From an uncultured Planctomycetaceae bacterium (GTDB lineage: Bacteria > Planctomycetota > Planctomycetia > Planctomycetales > Planctomycetaceae), in contig CAWFAK010000018.1 of assembly GCA_963813715.1 (NCBI GenBank), positions 35,526 through 99,525 on the forward strand: a stretch of 64,000 nt of DNA, given 5' to 3'. The number at the start of each line of letters is the position of its first letter. Within the stretch, counting starts at the first letter, position 1. Positions 25,577 to 36,425 of this stretch are shown one piece after another. The notes under the pieces were generated by a model. It had not been told where the DNA came from and did no database searches. It saw only the letters and a list, made by a program, of their open reading frames with translations. Position numbers and translations under genes: made by a program.

Positions 25577-26846
25577 TCACTCGATCTTTGTGGCTTGCTT
25601 CGGCACATATTCTCCCCCATCGCTGCGGAAGAGCTGCCCTGTGGGGGCGTCATGAACCGACATCTTGCCTTTCGCGAGATCCCAGACGAAGACAGTAACG
25701 GCCTCGTCGGGGACGCGATGGCGAGCCTTGGGGCTCATGAAATCGTTCGTGCCGAAGAACGCGATGCGAGTGGGTTTTTCGAGCAATTGGATGCGATCCG
25801 GCATGACGAGACCCCATTCCGAGCGATCGAGCGGGGGCGCAATCTCGTAGCGCGGGCCGTCGGAAAATGGCACCAGTGTCGCTGACGGTGCTTCATTCGA
25901 GAAGACGCCCCCGGTGCGGGACTGAAAGTACAGCCGCCCATCCAACGAGAGGCCCGCAGCCATGGCGGCGGGGGTTCCGATGGTTTCCTTCTTGGGCTTC
26001 TTGACCAGGATCGGCTCGGGCCGTGGGCGCTGCCACACGAGGGCGTATTCGCCGCGGTTGTAAGTTTTGCCGCCGAGTGTAAACGTCTCGTAAAGCCCGC
26101 CCCGACTGTTAAGAATCGCCTCGGGGGTGGATACGAGGTACTTCAAATCATCTGTGAGCCAGGTCCTGACGTTTTCGAAGTGTTCGATCGAACGGCAGGC
26201 CGTGAATGCGGCTTCCAGCCATGGATCGTCAATGCGCTTGCCCGTCAAACGTTCGTGCAGCGTTGTCTTTCCGCCCGAGAGCTGCAGGTGGTAACGACCA
26301 GAGAGGGTGGTCACCGTCTCTTCGTTCATCGGCGGCCCCGGAGGAGGCAGCGGCAGAAACGGACCGTCCTTTTTCCAATAAGGTTTGGCGTCAAGGACGA
26401 GGTGTTCGCGAACCATTGCTCGGGCACCGTTCCCCTCGGCTCGAATCCTGACAACGGCGCCGTCCCACGCCAGATCGATGAACGGCGTGGCCTGCCTGGC
26501 AGCCGCGTCTTCCTTTGTGAAGATCGGCCCCGCGTCAAAGCTGAGTGACGAGCGCTCGTTGGGCACATCCCACAGCGGTCCGATGACGCGCGCCACGACT
26601 CTCGATGGGGCCGTCTTTCGACAAATCGACCGTGATCAGCCAACCCTTGGCGTTTGAAGCTTTGGAGCTGTGCGACCCGAAAGGCCGGTGTCTGCTGGCA
26701 GTCTCCAGGATGACTCGTAATTCGTCTCCCGCCATGCGAACCGATCGGATCCTGAACTCGGGAGAGCCGCTCGCGCTGCCGCATCCGAGAATCGTGGCAG
26801 CGAAGAGGGCAAGAAACAGGATGGCAGTCCGGGAACGACGTTGCAT
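25577..26846 (-). CDS. Hypothetical lipoprotein (frameshift near 26595)
   Basis: Signal MQRRSRTAILFLALFAATILG-C in ORF 26535..26846 joins 339 aa ORF 25577..26596. Confidence 0.55.
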
Positions 26847-27431
26847 TTCAGAGCATGCCTCGCACGACTATGGGGCGCAGGAGAAATCCTCCAAATTAGG
26901 AATCGTTGTCCGAGACATGTTCGGACCGTCCTGGACACGACAGCACGAGCAGCATGACGATCACGGCATGGTGGACGAATCCGTCGGTAGTGGGTCAGTT
27001 TGAAATTCGGTCCCGATCGATGACGACCCCCGAGTCTTGACGAGCCTCGCGCAGCTCAGCGATAAGTTCGCGTAGCAACCGGTTATTTTCGTTTAGAAGG
27101 CTGATTGCCTTTTCTTGCTCGACGTTTTTAGAGTAACGCAGCATAAACGAAACGCGACACAATCGCTGCCACGAGGAATAAAGGGTTCCAAAGGTCCTGC
27201 ATTATCGCGCTCCAGCTGACGGGCTCAGCCGTTCGGGTGACACTTGCAGTATGCAGAAACGCCCAGCTAAGAAAAAGCTCCCCCGCGACGTGAACGCCCG
27301 GGGCCGTAACCCGCGAACGGGCTGCCGTGACAGTTGATCTTGTGTGAATAGGCGTTCTGGTAAAATAGAGGTACCGGACGCAGTGCGCAGTGGCGGTGCG
27401 GCCAGAAGACCGAGCTGGAATGATGGGTGTC

Positions 27432-27552
27432 CATGCCCACAGCTTTGTGTGGGCATGTCCTGCAATGCATGCCCACGCCGAGCCGTGAGACTGTTCGGGA
27501 ATTCAAAGGGAAGATTTGCCTTGGGTGCCACGGTTGAGCTTGCTCAACCGTG
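27432..27552. repeat. REP-like palindrome cluster (related copy at 28897-28919)
   Basis: CATGCCCACA-N6-TGTGGGCATG, GCATGCCCACGCCGAGCCGTG, CACGGTTGAGC-TT-GCTCAACCGTG. Confidence 0.65.
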
Positions 27553-27612
27553 CTCCTAATGGGTCAGCCGTCAACAGCAGCCGGAAAGAGCACGGCTGAG
27601 CCGAAGCGTCTC
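27536..27612 (+). repeat. 77 bp direct repeat, left copy (IS target duplication)
   Basis: Identical to 28783-28859. Confidence 0.92.
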
Positions 27613-28782
27613 GAGGGGATCCGGGAATTCAGAGGCCGTCGAGGATCCAGCGAACTGAGCCGTTGTGTTTGTGTTTTCGGCGGTTGTAGCGAACGAGTAG
27701 CTGGTAGGCGAACAGGCGCCGAGAACTTGGGTGCGGTTGTTGTCCAAGCCACGGTGCCAGGCTCGCTCGTGAAGTTGGAATGTGGATTTGAACCATTCGT
27801 GGAACGGCTCGGCGGTTCTGCCTCGCCGCGAATAGTGAAGCCGGGCTGTCTTCGTCTGGAAGTACTGATATCGCGCCTCCCGGCGAGTGCGGACTTCTCT
27901 TCGAGCACGATGTGCGTCGTGAAATGGTCCCGGCTGGCGACGATGTCCTCCTCGGTAGATTTGAGGGCATAAAAACCGCCGGCCTGTCGGGTTGCCACGC
28001 GAATCTCGCTCGATGGCGTCAGCGTGGTCATTGCCGTCGTAGCCGCTATCCGCCAAGACGTACTTGGTGGGTCGAGGCAAGTGTGGAATCTTTTCGGGGA
28101 ATGACCGGTGCTCACTCCAGTGAGCCTGATTCACCGACGCCAAGAGGGGCACAACAAGTCCCTTTTTCCCCGCAGAAAGTAGGACTTCGTAGGAGTAGCC
28201 CTGGACCCAACCATGGTGCTTGCAATAGCCCCACGTGCTCTCACGGTCCACACCCCGCAAAAGCTTTCCTTGGATGCGCAGCCGTTTTGGCCACTTCGGA
28301 CCCAACGACCGAATCAGGCTTTTGTCGACAGCCACACAACGTGCGTCGCCGACTTGATGCTTCAACAGACACCTGCCTTGAAGACGAACGGCAACCTGAA
28401 ACAGGCGATGGGCCCTTCGATAACGCTCACAGTACGTGCTGCGTGACGGGAACCGGGTGGTCCCGATCCATTCCAAAAGCTTGGCTCGGTTTTGACTGAG
28501 AAATCGGTATTGGGCGGATTTGTTCCGACGGTATTTGAGAATCGCGACGGTTACGAGCACGAGCATGACCCAACAGCAATCTCCGGTGGTCGTCCCGGAC
28601 CGCGACGCGGGTGCTCTCTCTCAGCACGTGGCACACAGGAATCATCAACTTCACCAACGCATGCAGGCTTGCTGAGGCGGGAGAATGTCCATCTGGGTCT
28701 CCCGTGGGGCCAATGTTCTTTGTGACAAAAAAACATTAACCCACGGAGACCCTTTCTCTTAGAGCGCCTAATCCCGGATCTC
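27613..28782 (-). mobile_element. Insertion sequence of 1,170 bp with short imperfect terminal inverted repeats
   Basis: Ends GAGGGGATCCGGGAATT and (reverse complement) GAGATCCGGGATTA; encloses a transposase; flanked by a 77 bp direct repeat. Confidence 0.88.
27629..28692 (-). CDS. DDE transposase (IS4/IS5/IS982-like clan; frameshifted)
   Basis: VAVDKS, WGY...GWVQGY, VLADSGYD, YSRRGRTAEPFHEWFK give a D-D-E pattern. Confidence 0.85.
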
Positions 28783-28859
28783 GAGCTTGCTCAACCGTGC
28801 TCCTAATGGGTCAGCCGTCAACAGCAGCCGGAAAGAGCACGGCTGAGCCGAAGCGTCTC
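28783..28859 (+). repeat. 77 bp direct repeat, right copy
   Basis: Identical to 27536-27612. Confidence 0.92.
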
Positions 28860-29435
28860 AGCCGCGGCGGCACCCGAATTATCGGACGGCCTCATCGCCG
28901 AGCCGTGGGCATGGCACCCAACCTGCGAATTCAAAGCGGTCGCACAACTGGGCACGTGTCGGCGGTTCTGTCAGCGTCATCTGGCGAAATCGAGCGCAAA
29001 ATCGCTCGCAAAAAGGCGCAAAAACGGTGGGACCAGTTTTTGGTCGAAAACACGAAAGTGGACCCACCGTAACATGCACTCTGGCAGCGGTTTACTTCTG
29101 TAAGAACGGTGGGACCCTCACATATTTAATATAAGGGGGGGTGAAGTTGTCCCACCGCCGCCCGCCTGCTCGGAAACGTGACAAACTGTCCGAATTCGAG
29201 CAACTTCCCCACCCTTGGACAACTGGGCGCGAATCCAGCCCGACGCGGCCGTCTTTGACGGTAAAGCAAGTTTTGCCGCGCATCGGGGTTCGGATTTATC
29301 GGTCGTCCGGCCGATAACCAATGGAAGAGGGACCGTGGCGGTCGCTGCGCGTGCGGATTGGAGCCGCGCACAAGTTCGCCCCCGGTCCGGTCGCGTCCGA
29401 CAAGCTATTCGCGCTATTCGGGAGGGGGGAAACCG

Positions 29436-31148
29436 ATGGGTCTGACATCGGCGCTGAACACGTCCGTCAACGGACTGTCGCTCAACGAGACGGCCATCGC
29501 CGTCGTCGGCAACAACATCGCCAACGCCGACACCAACGGCTTCAAAGCGGCCGATGTTCTGTTCTCGACGCAGCTCTCGCAGACGCTGTCGATCGGGTCG
29601 GCCCCGACGGCTACCAACGGCGGCACCAACCCGGAGCAGATCGGCCTGGGCGCGCAAATCGCCGCCATCCAGACCAACTTCAGCGAAGGCAGCATCACCA
29701 ACACCAGCAGCCCGTCGGACCTGGCGATTCAGGGAAACGGGTTTTTCGTCCTCAACAGCCCTCAAGGCCAGGTCTACACGCGTGACGGGAACTTCACGCT
29801 CAGCTCGAGCAACGAGCTGGTGAACGCGCAAGGATTCGCCGTCCAGGGATTCGGCGTCGACAACAATTTCAACCTGGTCACGTCGCAACTGCAAAACCTG
29901 ACGATCCCGCTCGGGCAGCTCAACGTCGCCCAGCAGACGTCCAAGGTCACGATGAACGGCGCGCTCTTGCCGACCGGGCAGGTCGCCACGCAAGGCGCAC
30001 ACATTCTGAGCGATACGCTGGGCGACGCGGGCAATGCCGGGGCCGACGCCACGGCGAGCACGCTCTTGACCAACCTCGAGGATCCGCCGGGGACCAGCCT
30101 GGGCCTGCATGCGGGCGACGTGCTCAACTTCACGCCCCAGGTCGGCGGCGTCACGCTGCCGGAGCAGAGCCTGACGGTGACGGCCACTTCGACGCTCGGC
30201 GATCTGACCTCGATGATGGACGGGGCGCTGGGCATTCAGTCCGGCAGCGGCGTGCCGAACGATCCGAACGAGCTGCCGGCGGCCGGCCAGCCCGGCGTCA
30301 ATATCGTCAACGGCCAGATCCAAATCACGGGCGACATGGGCACCGACAACAACATCACCATGTCGGTCGGCGACCTCACCGAAAACGGCGCCGCGCTGCC
30401 GATCAACTTCACCCAGGATGCGCAGGCCAACGGCGAAAGCGCGACCACGAACTTTGTGGTCTACGACTCGCTGGGCACACCGCTCACGGTGACGATGACC
30501 GCGGTGCTGCAATCGACGGCCCCCGACGCCACGACCTATCGCTACTACTTCAACAGCGAAGACAACGACGGCGGCACGACGGGCCTGGGGACGGGGACGA
30601 TCACGTTCAACAGCACCGGACAAGTCATCGACGGCGGCACGGGAAGCTTCTCGATCAATCGTAGCCAGACGGCCGCCATCAGCCCGATGGTGGTCAGCGT
30701 CGACATGAGCGGCATCTCGGGCATCTCGACGACCACGGCCGGCAGCACGCTGTCGATGGCATCGCAGAACGGCTCGGCCCCGGGAACTCTCAGCAGCTTC
30801 ACGATCTCTACGGACGGCGTGATCAACGGCGTGTTCTCCAACGGCGACACGCGGACCCTGGGCCAGGTGATGCTGGCCACGTTTGCCAACCAGCAGGGCC
30901 TGGTCGAGAACGGCAACGGCACGTTCACCGACGGCGTGAGCGCCGGGCCGGCGAACATCGCAGCTCCCAACAGCTCCGGGGCCGGTGCGCTCGAGTCGGG
31001 GGCCGTCGAAGCCTCCAACACCGACATCGGCACCAGCCTGGTGCAGTTGATCACCGTTTCCACCAACTACCAGGGCGACGCCCGCGTGATCAGCGTGGTC
31101 GACCAGCTGATCAACGACTTGCTGACCCTGGCCCAGCAGACGACCTGA
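29436..31148 (+). CDS. flgE: Flagellar hook protein FlgE
   Basis: VVGNNIANADTNGFK, DLAIQGNGFF, YTRDGNF, SGAVEASNTD. Confidence 0.95.
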   Translation: MGLTSALNTSVNGLSLNETAIAVVGNNIANADTNGFKAADVLFSTQLSQTLSIGSAPTATNGGTNPEQIGLGAQIAAIQTNFSEGSITNTSSPSDLAIQGNGFFVLNSPQGQVYTRDGNFTLSSSNELVNAQGFAVQGFGVDNNFNLVTSQLQNLTIPLGQLNVAQQTSKVTMNGALLPTGQVATQGAHILSDTLGDAGNAGADATASTLLTNLEDPPGTSLGLHAGDVLNFTPQVGGVTLPEQSLTVTATSTLGDLTSMMDGALGIQSGSGVPNDPNELPAAGQPGVNIVNGQIQITGDMGTDNNITMSVGDLTENGAALPINFTQDAQANGESATTNFVVYDSLGTPLTVTMTAVLQSTAPDATTYRYYFNSEDNDGGTTGLGTGTITFNSTGQVIDGGTGSFSINRSQTAAISPMVVSVDMSGISGISTTTAGSTLSMASQNGSAPGTLSSFTISTDGVINGVFSNGDTRTLGQVMLATFANQQGLVENGNGTFTDGVSAGPANIAAPNSSGAGALESGAVEASNTDIGTSLVQLITVSTNYQGDARVISVVDQLINDLLTLAQQTT

Positions 31149-31168
31149 CCGCGTGAGGGGACGCCGCC

Positions 31169-31609
31169 ATGATCAAGTTGACGCGGCTGAACGGTGAAGA
31201 ATTCGTGGTGAACGCGGAGCTGATTCGCTATGTCGAAGGCCGCCCGGATACGTACGTCACGCTGACATCCACCGAACGCTTCGTCGTCAAAGAGCCGGTG
31301 GCCGAGGTGGTGCGCCGGGCCATCGCTTATGCCCGAGCCGTCCGCGCCTGCCCGCGGTCGTGTGACGTTTGGGCGTTTGACATTTGTACGTCTGACGATT
31401 GGGCAGTTTCGGCGGACTCTACCGCGACGTTGCCGCCTGCGGCCGATCGGGTAGGACAAAACGGGCCGACGGTCAAATCGCCCGTAGCGGACGTGCGGAC
31501 GGAGCGACTGGACGAATCGGCGTTCCCTGTCAGCTCCGGCGAATTCGCTCCAGCGCTCAAAACCGATACGCCGAAGATGATGAGGGCCAGCGCGGGTTCG
31601 CACTGTTGA
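31169..31609 (+). CDS. flbD: Flagellar FlbD family protein (C-terminal extension doubtful)
   Basis: MIKLTRLNGEEFVVNAELIRYVEGRPDT. Confidence 0.88.
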   Translation: MIKLTRLNGEEFVVNAELIRYVEGRPDTYVTLTSTERFVVKEPVAEVVRRAIAYARAVRACPRSCDVWAFDICTSDDWAVSADSTATLPPAADRVGQNGPTVKSPVADVRTERLDESAFPVSSGEFAPALKTDTPKMMRASAGSHC

Positions 31610-31707
31610 CGGTCGCCGTCCGCCTCGGGGTCCGTCCCGGTCAGGGCCCGCGCCGTTGCCAAACGACGATTTGCTCCAAACTTTCAGAGAATCTGGCACC
31701 AACCTCC

Positions 31708-32565
31708 ATGATTGTCCTCGTCGGTGTCGCCGTCGTCATGGGCGCTGTCCTCGCCGGATTCATGATGTCCGGCGGCCAACTCGGCGCCTTGATGCACCCG
31801 TCCGAGTTGCTGACGATCGGCGGCGCGGCGATGGGCGCCATGATCATGATGTCGCCGATCAGCGTGCTCAAGAACCTCGGAATCGCTTTGATCGGCACGC
31901 TCAAAGGGAGCCAGTACGACAAGGCCACCTATCGCGAACTCTTCAAGCTGATGTACGACCTCTTGCGCATCGCCCGCCGCGACGGCCTGTTGATGCTCGA
32001 GCGGCACGTCAGCGATCCGCATCACAGCGAGGTCATCAATCGCTACCCGCGGATCGCCAAGAACCACCACGCGATGGAGTTCATCTGCAACGGGCTGTCT
32101 CCCTTGGTCGACGGGGCGACACCCGAACAGGTCTCCGGGCTGCTCGAAGCCGAGCTCAAGATCATCGAGGAAGAACACCACGCGCCGATCAGCGTGATGA
32201 CGAAGACGGCCGACGGGCTGCCGGGATTCGGCATCGTCGCGGCCGTGTTGGGTATCGTGATCACGATGGGTGCCATCGACGGGCCGGTGCAGGAAGTCGG
32301 TCACAAGGTCGGTGCGGCCCTCGTCGGAACGTTTCTGGGGATTTTGCTGTCGTACGGCTTCTTCGGGCCCTTGGCATCGCGGATGGAATTCATGGGCGTC
32401 GTCGAACTGGGCTTCTTCCGCGCCATCGCCTCGATCGTGATGGGGGCCGCGCAAAGTCAGAGCCCCAAGGTGGTAATCGAACAGGCCCGCCGGGGCATCG
32501 GCACCGAATTCCGACCCAGCCGCACCGAAATGGAAGCCCTGTTCAAGGAAGTCGACGCGACGTAA
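31708..32565 (+). CDS. motA: Flagellar stator MotA
   Basis: RRDGLLMLE, DGLPGFGIVAAVLGIV, ALVGTFLGILLSYG. Confidence 0.96.
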   Translation: MIVLVGVAVVMGAVLAGFMMSGGQLGALMHPSELLTIGGAAMGAMIMMSPISVLKNLGIALIGTLKGSQYDKATYRELFKLMYDLLRIARRDGLLMLERHVSDPHHSEVINRYPRIAKNHHAMEFICNGLSPLVDGATPEQVSGLLEAELKIIEEEHHAPISVMTKTADGLPGFGIVAAVLGIVITMGAIDGPVQEVGHKVGAALVGTFLGILLSYGFFGPLASRMEFMGVVELGFFRAIASIVMGAAQSQSPKVVIEQARRGIGTEFRPSRTEMEALFKEVDAT

Positions 32566-32636
32566 GCGAAGCCTGATGACGGTCGACGCGGGCGGCCGGT
32601 TCGCCCGTCGGTATTTGCTCGAGAGGGACGGCGTCG

Positions 32637-33437
32637 ATGGCGGGTAAAGGCGGCGGCGCGTGGAAGGTCGCTTACGCGGACTTCGTCACCGCGATGATGG
32701 CCTTCTTCCTGGTGATGTGGATCGTCGGGCAGGACAAGCCCGTCAAGCAGGCCGTCGCCAAGTACTTCGAAGACCCGCTGGGCATGGACAAGGGCTCGCG
32801 GTCGACGTCGCTGCAGGGGCCGGAAGACTCGACCACCATCGGCATGTTTGAGAGCGGCTTGGGGCCCGCCCGCGGCATCGCCATGGCCCAGAACAAGGTG
32901 GTCGGCCGCCGCAGCATGGTGGGCGTCGCTGCCAAGAAGCCGCCGCAAATTGTGATCTTCCGGCATTTCAATCGGACCTACAGCGTCGGCTCGGTGATCG
33001 TCTTCAATCAGGATTCGGCCGTGATGGACGCGGCGGCCAAGGAGCGGCTCGACTCGCTCTTGCCGCTGCTCTTGGGCAAGCCGAACAAAATCGAAGTCCG
33101 CGTCTACGCTCCCCGCCAGGCGCTGCCCAAGGGGGGAGCATTCGGCGAGGCGTGGCAGCTCGCGCGCGATCGGGCGCTGGCCACGATGAAGTATCTGACC
33201 GATCACGGCATTTCCACCGACCGCCTGCGACTGACGCAGGACGGCGCGCTCGAACCCGACACGCTTTACACCGGCGAGAAGAAGCCGGTTCCCAGTGCTC
33301 GGGTCGAAATCTTCGCCCTCGACGAATACGTCGACAAGGAGCGCAACCCCACGCCGCTTCCCGTGGCCGGCAGCAACGATCCGACCGATACGGCCGCCAT
33401 ACCCGAACTCGCAGCACCCGAAGCGAAGGTGCAATAG
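32637..33437 (+). CDS. motB: Flagellar stator MotB
   Basis: GGAWKVAYADFVTAMMAFFLVMW plus OmpA-like domain. Confidence 0.94.
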   Translation: MAGKGGGAWKVAYADFVTAMMAFFLVMWIVGQDKPVKQAVAKYFEDPLGMDKGSRSTSLQGPEDSTTIGMFESGLGPARGIAMAQNKVVGRRSMVGVAAKKPPQIVIFRHFNRTYSVGSVIVFNQDSAVMDAAAKERLDSLLPLLLGKPNKIEVRVYAPRQALPKGGAFGEAWQLARDRALATMKYLTDHGISTDRLRLTQDGALEPDTLYTGEKKPVPSARVEIFALDEYVDKERNPTPLPVAGSNDPTDTAAIPELAAPEAKVQ

Positions 33438-33767
33438 GACGGCCGGACGCTCCGGCACGGCCCAAGGTCCAATGTCTAAAGTCCAAGGTCCCCGAATAAA
33501 CACGGGGCTTGGATGGCCGCGCAGAGCGTACGGACTTTGCCTGTCGCCCGCGAACTGAGCCGCTCGGTCTCGAATCCAGTGGGGCGGCAAAGATTCGTGT
33601 TGGTCGGGTTGTAGGCGTCCGCCAAACCGTAGCGGTCGGATGGCAGTCTGGCGCCGTCGCGAACCTTTACGCGGTTTTGGTCGATATCCTTCTCCGCCCT
33701 ACAACACGGCTGACGACGAGATTCCAGGGACGGCATTCGTGACGCTTCCAAGACGAACACCAATCCA

Positions 33768-34070
33768 ATGCACGCGACCGTTGACGACGTCCGGACGTTG
33801 GACGAACTTCGACGCTTCATCCACCGGACTCTCTGCCAGAAAGAAAACCTGCTCGACGACCAATACCGCACCTCCGAGTTCCGCCTGATTTCCGGCGAAC
33901 GCATCTGCGGACTCGAGTTCTGCCTCCGCGGGCCCCGTAGCGTTCGGCTGGCCGCCGTCTGGGTGGCCGACCTCAACGTGATTTACCTCTACGATGCTCG
34001 TGGGCAGCGCTATTCCAAGCTCCGGCTGAAAAACCCGGTTCCGCTGCCGGCTCAAACGCCGGCCGCGTGA
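33768..34070 (+). CDS. Small hypothetical protein
   Basis: 100 aa ORF with protein-like composition (CGLEFCLRGPRSVRLAAVW). Confidence 0.6.
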   Translation: MHATVDDVRTLDELRRFIHRTLCQKENLLDDQYRTSEFRLISGERICGLEFCLRGPRSVRLAAVWVADLNVIYLYDARGQRYSKLRLKNPVPLPAQTPAA

Positions 34071-34334
34071 ACGGCAGTCGGAGAGGTGGGCGGGCGCGGT
34101 CCGTTGGGGAAAGGGGCCGCGCCCGAGTCGGCGACAGTTGCCGCCGCCATCAGGGTTGTTAAGAATTGACCTGCTCCGTGCCGGCCGTGCAGCGTTGTTC
34201 GTTGTTGCACTTCCGGCGCTCCGAGCAGCGCGAGGCGACGGACGTCTGCCAAATTCGGCTGGACCGGCCGGTCCGGCGACAGCTCAGGCAGATGTCGGGA
34301 CAGTCGCCTCGCATCAATTCGAGGAACGGCCCTG

Positions 34335-36395
34335 ATGGTGATGCGACGAGTCGGCGGTTTCGCGGTCGCGGCAATCGTTGGTTTGAGCGTTTGCGGCTGC
34401 TTCGCGCCGGCCGAGTCGGAAAAGTCGCCACCAGCCTCCGCCAGTTCCGAGCACGCGGCCGCGCCCTCGTCGAACGCCGCACTGGCCAGCAGGGGCGAGA
34501 CGCAAGTCGCCTCGATCGCCAGGCCCCTCGGAAAGGCACCGGCCGCGCCCGCCAAGAACGAATCGAAGAGCGAGCCCGACACGTACAGCGCGGGCGTCCA
34601 GCCGTTCCAGGCTCCGCCGCTAGCCGAGATCGACGCGAGGGCCCAGTGGGAGCCTCAGCCGGTGCTTGACGCGTTGGAGCTGATGCGGGCGCGACAGGCG
34701 AAAGAAAAGCAGTTGGCCACGGTCGACGAAGCCTTGGCGCTCCGCAACACCGACGCCGAGGCCAATCGCAAGATTACGAACGCCCTGGGCCGCATGCCGG
34801 CCAAGGAATCGGACGTCGATTGGAACGCTTCGCTGATTCGCTCGCTCGCCGCCGACGTCCGCTCGACCAACCCCGTGATGATGAGCTCGACCTATGAATT
34901 CGAGGTGGCCGGCCTGACGGGACTGAATCTGTTCGGCTTCGACTGGACCTTTCTGCCGTTCGCTTTGAAATCCACGGTCAAATCATGGGAGACGAGCAAG
35001 GACCGGATGTACGACAAGGTGGTGTTGCGGGACGACCTGGTCTGGTCCGACGGCAAGCCGATCACCGCGCACGACGTCGCTTTCTCGTTCAAGCTGATTC
35101 TCGATCCGAAAGTGCCGGTCCCTGCGGTTCGCTCGGGCGTCGACCAACTCCGCTGGATTGAGGCCTACGACGATCACACGCTGGTTTATTTCCACAAGCA
35201 GTCCGCAGCCACCAACGTATGGAATCTGAATTTCCCCATCGTGCCCAAACACGTCTACGAAAATTACGACGACGATCCGACCCTGCAAAATAGCGCCCGC
35301 TTCGTGAAGTACGAGAATGAACCGGTCGTGGGCGGGGAATACGCGATCAAGGAACGCCGACGGAACGAAGAGATCGTGCTCGAACGGCGCGAGAGCTACT
35401 ACATGCACGGTGGGAAGCAGGTCCGGCCCAAACCCTATTTTAAGACGGTCCGCTTCCGGATCATTCCCGACGCGAACACGGCCCTCTTGGCCCTCAAGAA
35501 CGGCGACATCGACGAAATGCAGTTGATTCCGCTCTCCCTCTGGCGAACGCAGACGGTCGGCGACGATTTCTACAAGCTCAACACCAAGGCGCAGGCGGTC
35601 GAGTGGACCGAGTTCCATATCATTTGGAATTGCCAGAACCCGCTCTTCTCGGACAAGCGGGTCCGCACGGCCATGTCGTACGCGATGGATTACGACGAGA
35701 TGCTGAATACCGTGCTCGGCGGACTGGCGGCGCCCTGCGCGGGCGTGTTCCACCCCGACGGGTGGATGTCGGCCAAGCCGTCACCCCAGCCGTTCAAGCA
35801 GGACCTCGACAAGGCCGAGACGCTGCTCAAGGAAGCCGGCTGGGAAGACCACGACGGTGACGGCATTCGCGATAAGGAGATCGACGGCAAGACGATGAAA
35901 TTCGAGTTCGACCTGACCGTCACCAGCGCCAATCCGGACGCCATTCGCATCTGCACGCTGTTGAAGGAGAGCCTCGACAAGCTGGGCATCTCGTGCACGG
36001 TGCGGCCCATGGAATATACGGTGCTGCAGCAGCGCGACCTGGAGCACAAGTTCCAGGCGACCTTTGCCGGCTGGGGCACCGGCAGCGATCCCGACACGAC
36101 CGAAAACATCTATTCCACGCGGGCGGCCGAGCACGGCCGCAACTACGGCCTGTACTCGAATCCGGAAGTCGACGAGCTGTATCGCCAGGGAAAGACCGAG
36201 TTCAATCGCCAGAAACGGGCCGAAATCTACGGCAAGATTCATCGCATCATGTGGGAAGAACAGCCCTACACGTGGCTCTATTGCCGGAATTCGCTCTACG
36301 GCTTTAACAAGAGGCTCCGCGGGTATGTCTTCAGTCCCCGCGGCCCGTACAACTACTCTCCCGGCGTCGAGAACATCTGGAAGCCCGCGCCCTGA
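34335..36395 (+). CDS. Peptide ABC transporter substrate-binding lipoprotein (SBP family 5)
   Basis: Lipobox-like Cys, WSDGKPITAHDVAFS, AETLLKEAGW. Confidence 0.93.
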   Translation: MVMRRVGGFAVAAIVGLSVCGCFAPAESEKSPPASASSEHAAAPSSNAALASRGETQVASIARPLGKAPAAPAKNESKSEPDTYSAGVQPFQAPPLAEIDARAQWEPQPVLDALELMRARQAKEKQLATVDEALALRNTDAEANRKITNALGRMPAKESDVDWNASLIRSLAADVRSTNPVMMSSTYEFEVAGLTGLNLFGFDWTFLPFALKSTVKSWETSKDRMYDKVVLRDDLVWSDGKPITAHDVAFSFKLILDPKVPVPAVRSGVDQLRWIEAYDDHTLVYFHKQSAATNVWNLNFPIVPKHVYENYDDDPTLQNSARFVKYENEPVVGGEYAIKERRRNEEIVLERRESYYMHGGKQVRPKPYFKTVRFRIIPDANTALLALKNGDIDEMQLIPLSLWRTQTVGDDFYKLNTKAQAVEWTEFHIIWNCQNPLFSDKRVRTAMSYAMDYDEMLNTVLGGLAAPCAGVFHPDGWMSAKPSPQPFKQDLDKAETLLKEAGWEDHDGDGIRDKEIDGKTMKFEFDLTVTSANPDAIRICTLLKESLDKLGISCTVRPMEYTVLQQRDLEHKFQATFAGWGTGSDPDTTENIYSTRAAEHGRNYGLYSNPEVDELYRQGKTEFNRQKRAEIYGKIHRIMWEEQPYTWLYCRNSLYGFNKRLRGYVFSPRGPYNYSPGVENIWKPAP

Positions 36396-36425
36396 ACCTG
36401 GGAACGGAGCGGACTCCTTCTCCTC

